Source: Podarcis cretensis
Taxonomy: Eukaryota
Length of the DNA: 64,000 bases
Direction of reading: 5' to 3'
Assembly (NCBI GenBank): GCA_951804945.1
Contig: OX638153.1
Location: forward strand, 20,584,001 to 20,648,000
Shown here: piece after piece, positions 59,194 to 64,000 of the stretch
Layout: every line of letters starts with the position of its first letter
How positions within the stretch are numbered: the stretch's first letter is position 1
Program-made: the position numbers and the translations under genes
Notes under the pieces: generated by a model
Told to the model about the DNA's origin: nothing
Databases searched by the model: none
The model's input: only the letters and a program-made list of their open reading frames with translations

Positions 59194-59597
59194 CAGTGGC
59201 AGAGTAAGCTGCATGGGTGCCCAGAGCGGCAGCCATGCAGTGCACCCAGGGGTGGCCGATCCGCCGCACAGGGGGCGGGGCAACCTTCCGCTGCAGCAGT
59301 GTTTGTGCAATACTCTGCTTGCGGTGGGATCCTCCGCTCGCGGCTGCATCAGTGGCGGGATCCTCCACTTGTGGTGGCAGGATCCTTCACTCGTGGTGGT
59401 GGCGGCGGGATCCTCTGCCCACAGCTGCAGCAGTGATGGGATCTTCTGCATGAGGCTGTGGCGGTGCGATGGCGCTGGCTAGCGATGGCGGCGGCTAGTG
59501 CCACCACACCCAGGGGCAGCAGGTGAGCCATTTTGTCATCCCCCTCAGAGTTGGCACCCGGGGCAGACGGCCCTGCCGCCCTCTTCCTCCGCCAGTG
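59194..59597. mobile_element. GC-rich hAT MITE with an internal GGATCC minisatellite
   Basis: CAGTGGCAGAG...CTCCGCCAGTG termini; 8-bp TSD GGGCTGGA at 59186-59193 and 59598-59605. Confidence 0.8.
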
Positions 59598-60235
59598 GGG
59601 CTGGATGCAGAGGTGCTCCTGTGCAACTCCACTTGTACAGTGGTATTTTCCAGACTCCTGACTTCCCTACATACCCTTTCAACACCCCCAAAAGCTGCTC
59701 CTGAGAGTTGATGCACCTTCTGGGGGAAGCTGTAGAGGGATGGGGGATTCAGTAGAGCTATAGTGCACAAGCAGAAATATCTTTGGATCCAAGTCATGGG
59801 TTATCCAAGAAATCTCAGAGCCTATATTGCCTTTCCTTTTTGTTACAGGAATGATTCGCACACAGCTGATATACTGGGAAAACAGAATGCGAAGGATAGG
59901 TCTGTCAATAGCTATACGGAATGTTACGTAAACTGAGCCTTCGTTTTTCACCTCAGTTTACTAATGTGTACCAGGTGCTGGGGACAAGCCACAGGTGATA
60001 GTCATCGCCTTTATGCCTTGCTTGCAAACTTCAAGGGGCTTCTGGTTGCCTTCAGAGTGACCAGGGAGTCCCAATCTGCTGTGAGGTGTGTTCCTCTTGA
60101 CTTTGATCAGAATGCTGTATTGGAATATAAGATGTGTGGAACGTGAGGATTAATAAATGGATAGAGAAGGGTGATGGGAGAAGGAAGCGCAAATGAAGGA
60201 ATGGATAGAATGTGTAGTTTAACGAAGGGGGTGGA

Positions 60236-60271
60236 GGTTTGGTTTGGTTTGGTTTGGTTTGGTTTGGTTTG
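60236..60271. repeat. (GGTTT)n pentanucleotide microsatellite
   Basis: Read directly. Confidence 0.95.
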
Positions 60272-61419
60272 GGGCTCATCCACAGATGGCCTCATCTCAG
60301 CCCACCACTGATATATGTCCCCTGACAGATTACTGCAGAGGCAATGTGGTTTTTGACATAAAAAAGTTTGCCAACCCCCAGACTGGATGGACATTGGCCT
60401 CATCCACCAAAACAGTTCCTCTTTTCTTAAGTGACTCTATATCCAGAGGTATAATGGGGGTAATGTGAAGCAGTGTGTGGTTCAGATCTTAACTGTTTTG
60501 AAAAGTATATAATATTCCTCAGCAGTGGGTTTACTTCATGATACATGATTTAATGTTTATAACGTTTTGTTATAATTGGAAATCGGAAATGTAATAACTA
60601 CAGGACCCACCCTTAAAGCATAAGGGAGAATTTTCATGTGAGTGGACTGAAACGACTATGAGGCAATAGGTTTTCAGCTTTGTTTCTTTAAAAAACAGTC
60701 TTTATGTTTATTTCATGTGTTATAATCTTTAAAACACATGCATAGTAAACAAAGATTATTATTATTATTGGTTTGATTTTTTTTTTTAAAAAAAATATTT
60801 TTATTGAAAGGCAGTGGCTGACAACATCAGTCCTTTTTTTCTTTTCCTTTGCAGAACAATAAAACAAATACATTTCCTAAATTGAGATAAAGCCTTGATG
60901 AATTGGGAAGTGGAGATGATAAGCTATGCTTCTTGTGGTCTCTTTAATTGTATTCATTCGAAGTTCTCATTGGCAGGAAATTACATCAACCACTAACTCC
61001 TTTTACAGAAGGACTATATCTGATAAAACAGGAGGAAAGGGGGGGGGGAAATCTGGCAGGCACCTTTGAAAGTAACTTTACTCCTCTTTCAAATGCCTTT
61101 CAAATGCACTCTGACGGAAAGATAGGCATGTAATTTTATGAAAGAACATTCAGACAGCTGTGAGCCTGAATGCTCACGTGCTTGTCCTCAGAAAATCAGA
61201 GGACTTAGTCATGTCCTAAGAATATTCCTTGCAATGAGGAAGGACTATTGGTAAAGCCAATAGCCTTCCTTGGAAATTGCTTTAGAATTCATTGCCTTTA
61301 TGAACATAATTACCACGTATTCTTGTTCTTACTCAAATTTCTGGTAGGCAAGTTATTGAGTGGCCTGACCTATTCCAATGGGGTGCAGCCCATGAGGCAT
61401 GCTAGGCAAGCGGACCAAC

Positions 61420-61589
61420 CTGGAAGGAAAAGGTGCCCAGTAGTAGCACATGGTAGCAATGAATAGCTGGTATTCGTAAACAAGGTAACAGGTTGCAAAG
61501 AAGTAAGTGATCACAGCGCTCAGGATCAACAGGACCAGGGACAGAGCCAAGATAGTGGCGACATTGCTCCTATAAGGGGCTAAGTTCAC
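61420..61589 (-). other. Candidate antisense coding exon with a transmembrane segment (unidentified)
   Basis: ctcag|GTG...TCCAG|gttggt. Encodes VNLAPYRSNVATILALSLVLLILSAVITYFFATCYLVYEYQLFIATMCYYWAPFPS with many C/G-ending codons; no homolog recognised. Confidence 0.4.
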
Positions 61590-62071
61590 CTGAGCTGTTA
61601 TATCCTGGCACAGGCTTCATGATGGCCCAGGCCTTGCTGGGAATGGAAAGGAACTCATGGGGCTTATGCTCTGGCAAAGAGCATTACATGTATTTATTTG
61701 CTTTTATTTTCTTCTAACTCGGCACACTTGCACATGTAGAGCAAAGCAAAAGTTAACATTGTGCACATTCTTCATAACGTTTATGGTATTTAAGTACAGC
61801 ATTCATCAGTTGCACTTTTTGCCCCTTGGGAAACTTCAGATGCATCTTTTGGCAGTTCAGGTGGTTGTTTACAGGGATCTCAAGGAGTTCTGAATCAGAA
61901 AGCAGTGTTGCCTACCTGAGTAGATCTTCATGAGTCTTCCCCTACCTGGGGATTCACATGGCAGAATCCTCCTCCACAAACAATTTTCCTGCAGACAGAA
62001 AATTAGTATGCCAGAGATAAGGCTAGGCTTCAGTTCTATACCCTGACATCCTAGTTTTCTGTCTACAGGAA

Positions 62072-62075
<4 letters not shown>

Positions 62076-62146
<71 letters not shown>
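62076..62146. repeat. Compound (GT)n-(GA)n microsatellite
   Basis: Read directly. Confidence 0.95.
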
Positions 62147-62147
<1 letters not shown>

Positions 62148-62578
62148 TGCCCCCAGTGGCTGTTTGAAGCAGGCACGGTTTTCCCCGCACAGTGAGAATA
62201 TGGCTCCCAAGGATCAATTTCTGCTTCAGGGGCAATTAAGGAAAGTCATTTCCAAATTAGTAGGTTTATATGCCGAGGGTGGGGTGTCTGGTGGTCCCCC
62301 AAATATGGATAGTGTCAGACTGCAATTCAGGATTTTAAAAATGCAGACAGAGGAATGTTTTGTCCCAAGATAGAATATTTGGGAGCAGGACTTGGACAGT
62401 GAATATATTCTTCCCCTGCCTACCAATTTGCTTAGACCACTTTACTTCCACCATGAGAACACTAATTTTAAAAGTTAATGTTTGAAAAAATGTGAGGAAC
62501 ATGATGTAGAGCTTGGTTGGAAAGAATTCTTTCCCATTCCATGTTGGTTGGGCTTATTTATGTATTTAATTGTATAAA

Positions 62579-62912
62579 GCCTCAGCGCCTAGGACTTGCC
62601 GATCGAAAGGTCGGCGGTTTGAATCCCTGCGGCGGGGTGCGCTCCCGCTGCTCGGTCCCAGCGCCTGCCAACCTAGCAGTTCGAAAGCACCTCCGGGTGC
62701 AAGTAGATAAATAGGGACCGCTTACCAGCGGGAAGGTAAACGGCGTTTCCGTGTGCGGCTCTGGCTCGCCAGAGCAGCGATGTCACGCTGGCCACGTGAC
62801 CCGGAAGTGTCTCCGGACAGCGCTGGCCCCTGGCCTCTTAAGTGAGATGGGCGCACAACCCCAGAGTCTGTCAAGACTGGCCCGTACGGGCAGGGGTACC
62901 TTTACCTTTACC
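62579..62912 (+). mobile_element. Sauria SINE (subfamily B), slightly 5'-truncated
   Basis: Nearly identical to the reverse complement of the 50764 copy; 14-bp TSD TTTAATTGTATAAA at 62565-62578 and 62913-62926. Confidence 0.92.
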
Positions 62913-63297
62913 TTTAATTGTATAAATGACATGAAATACTAATTCTGCATTTATGTGTTCAAAGCATTCTGTTTTTTCCATCAGAAATTGTGTTTTCTGC
63001 TCCCTCCTTTTTAACCTCTCGGATGTTTACACTGAGTTATGTCTCAGTTGAATACTTATGACCCATATTTTCCATTTGTTTCTAATTTTCCTCCATCTGG
63101 ATTTATCCTAACAATGACAGGTATAAAAATCCACAATGCAATATAAGCTATTTGCTTAATAATAAAAAACCTTGCAAATTCAATTGGGATTTCTTGAGGT
63201 TCTCCACTTGTATTTTAAGGAACCCTAGGAGATTATTTTTGTTGATCTTTTTTTAAAAATTGGCATTTTATGAGTCTGGACAACAATTTATATATAA

Positions 63298-63516
63298 CAG
63301 GCAGGCATGTCCAACAGGCTGATCATGATCCAGGCTTTGTGTTCCCACTCTGGGCAACCCCCCCCCCCCCAAAAAAAAGCTCAACAGTTTTGTTCAATTC
63401 CCCCCTAAAAAAAGCTCAATAACTGGTCAGTGGTCAATCCTTCCCTAAAGAAAGCTCAACATCTCCTGGCAATGACAATGGGTAGATCACAGCCTTTTGG
63501 GAGTTGGACGTGCCTG
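63298..63516. mobile_element. hAT-Charlie-like MITE
   Basis: TIRs CAGGCATGTCCAAC and GTTGGACGTGCCTG; near-TSD ATATATAA/ATACATAA; internal AAAGCTCAAC repeats. Confidence 0.7.
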
Positions 63517-64000
63517 ATACATAACAATTGTGTAATGCTAGAATCAGAATTGTTGAATATATGTGGCAATTCCAGCATTGTGAGTTCTGAATAACTTTAG
63601 ACTGCAGAGGAGGACTTATGTGACTGAATGCATGTCATGGAGAAAGCTAGCCTTTCACCATGATGTGCTTATTTTCTATGTACAGGATTTTTTTGTATGA
63701 GGGATCCCAAAATCAAGTGAGCCCAATCACCCGCAGTCTGCAGTGGTGCCAGTCAGACACAGGTTTGTCAATTTCGGTTCTTTTATTTTCTTATTTTCCC
63801 AATCTTTAATTCAGCTCTCCCAATTTGCAGCAATTCACTTTTAAAAAAGCAACTCGTGAAATTTTGTCTGGATTTCTCCTAATGAATTTTTATGTGCACT
63901 TTTGACCAAAGTACATATTTCTGCAAGCAGTTTTCCAAATATAAATACATTTTAATGTTGTTTTCACTACTATCTTCCTTTTCAATGCACACTTTCCATT

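Noticed and set aside
53520-64000. HGSNAT-like exon 15 (AGKI...)
   Set aside because: No matching AG-bounded segment found; presumably beyond the window.

Overview
Vertebrate (squamate, probably lacertid lizard, judged from Sauria SINE, BovB and tRNA-Lys/CR1 SINE content) genomic DNA, almost entirely intronic. Seven + strand coding exons (22284-53519) splice in frame into the catalytic transmembrane region of an HGSNAT-like lysosomal heparan-alpha-glucosaminide N-acetyltransferase, equivalent to human exons 8-14 and probably a divergent paralog. The flanking exons were not found in the window. The introns hold an intact single-ORF L2 LINE (- strand) whose 5' end is a 114-bp monomer array, BovB, CR1 and L2 fragments, five Sauria SINEs, many Tc1/pogo and hAT MITEs (several nested) and microsatellites. 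The most notable observations are: (1) two palindromic Penelope-type mini-elements carrying minimal hammerhead ribozyme motifs, one intact and on the host pre-mRNA strand; (2) L2 5' monomers that each carry splice donors on both strands, with a matching in-frame acceptor just before the RT ORF; (3) several coding-like antisense exon candidates, including a transmembrane segment, which may belong to an unidentified nested gene. All calls were made by eye; no searches or folding programs were run.
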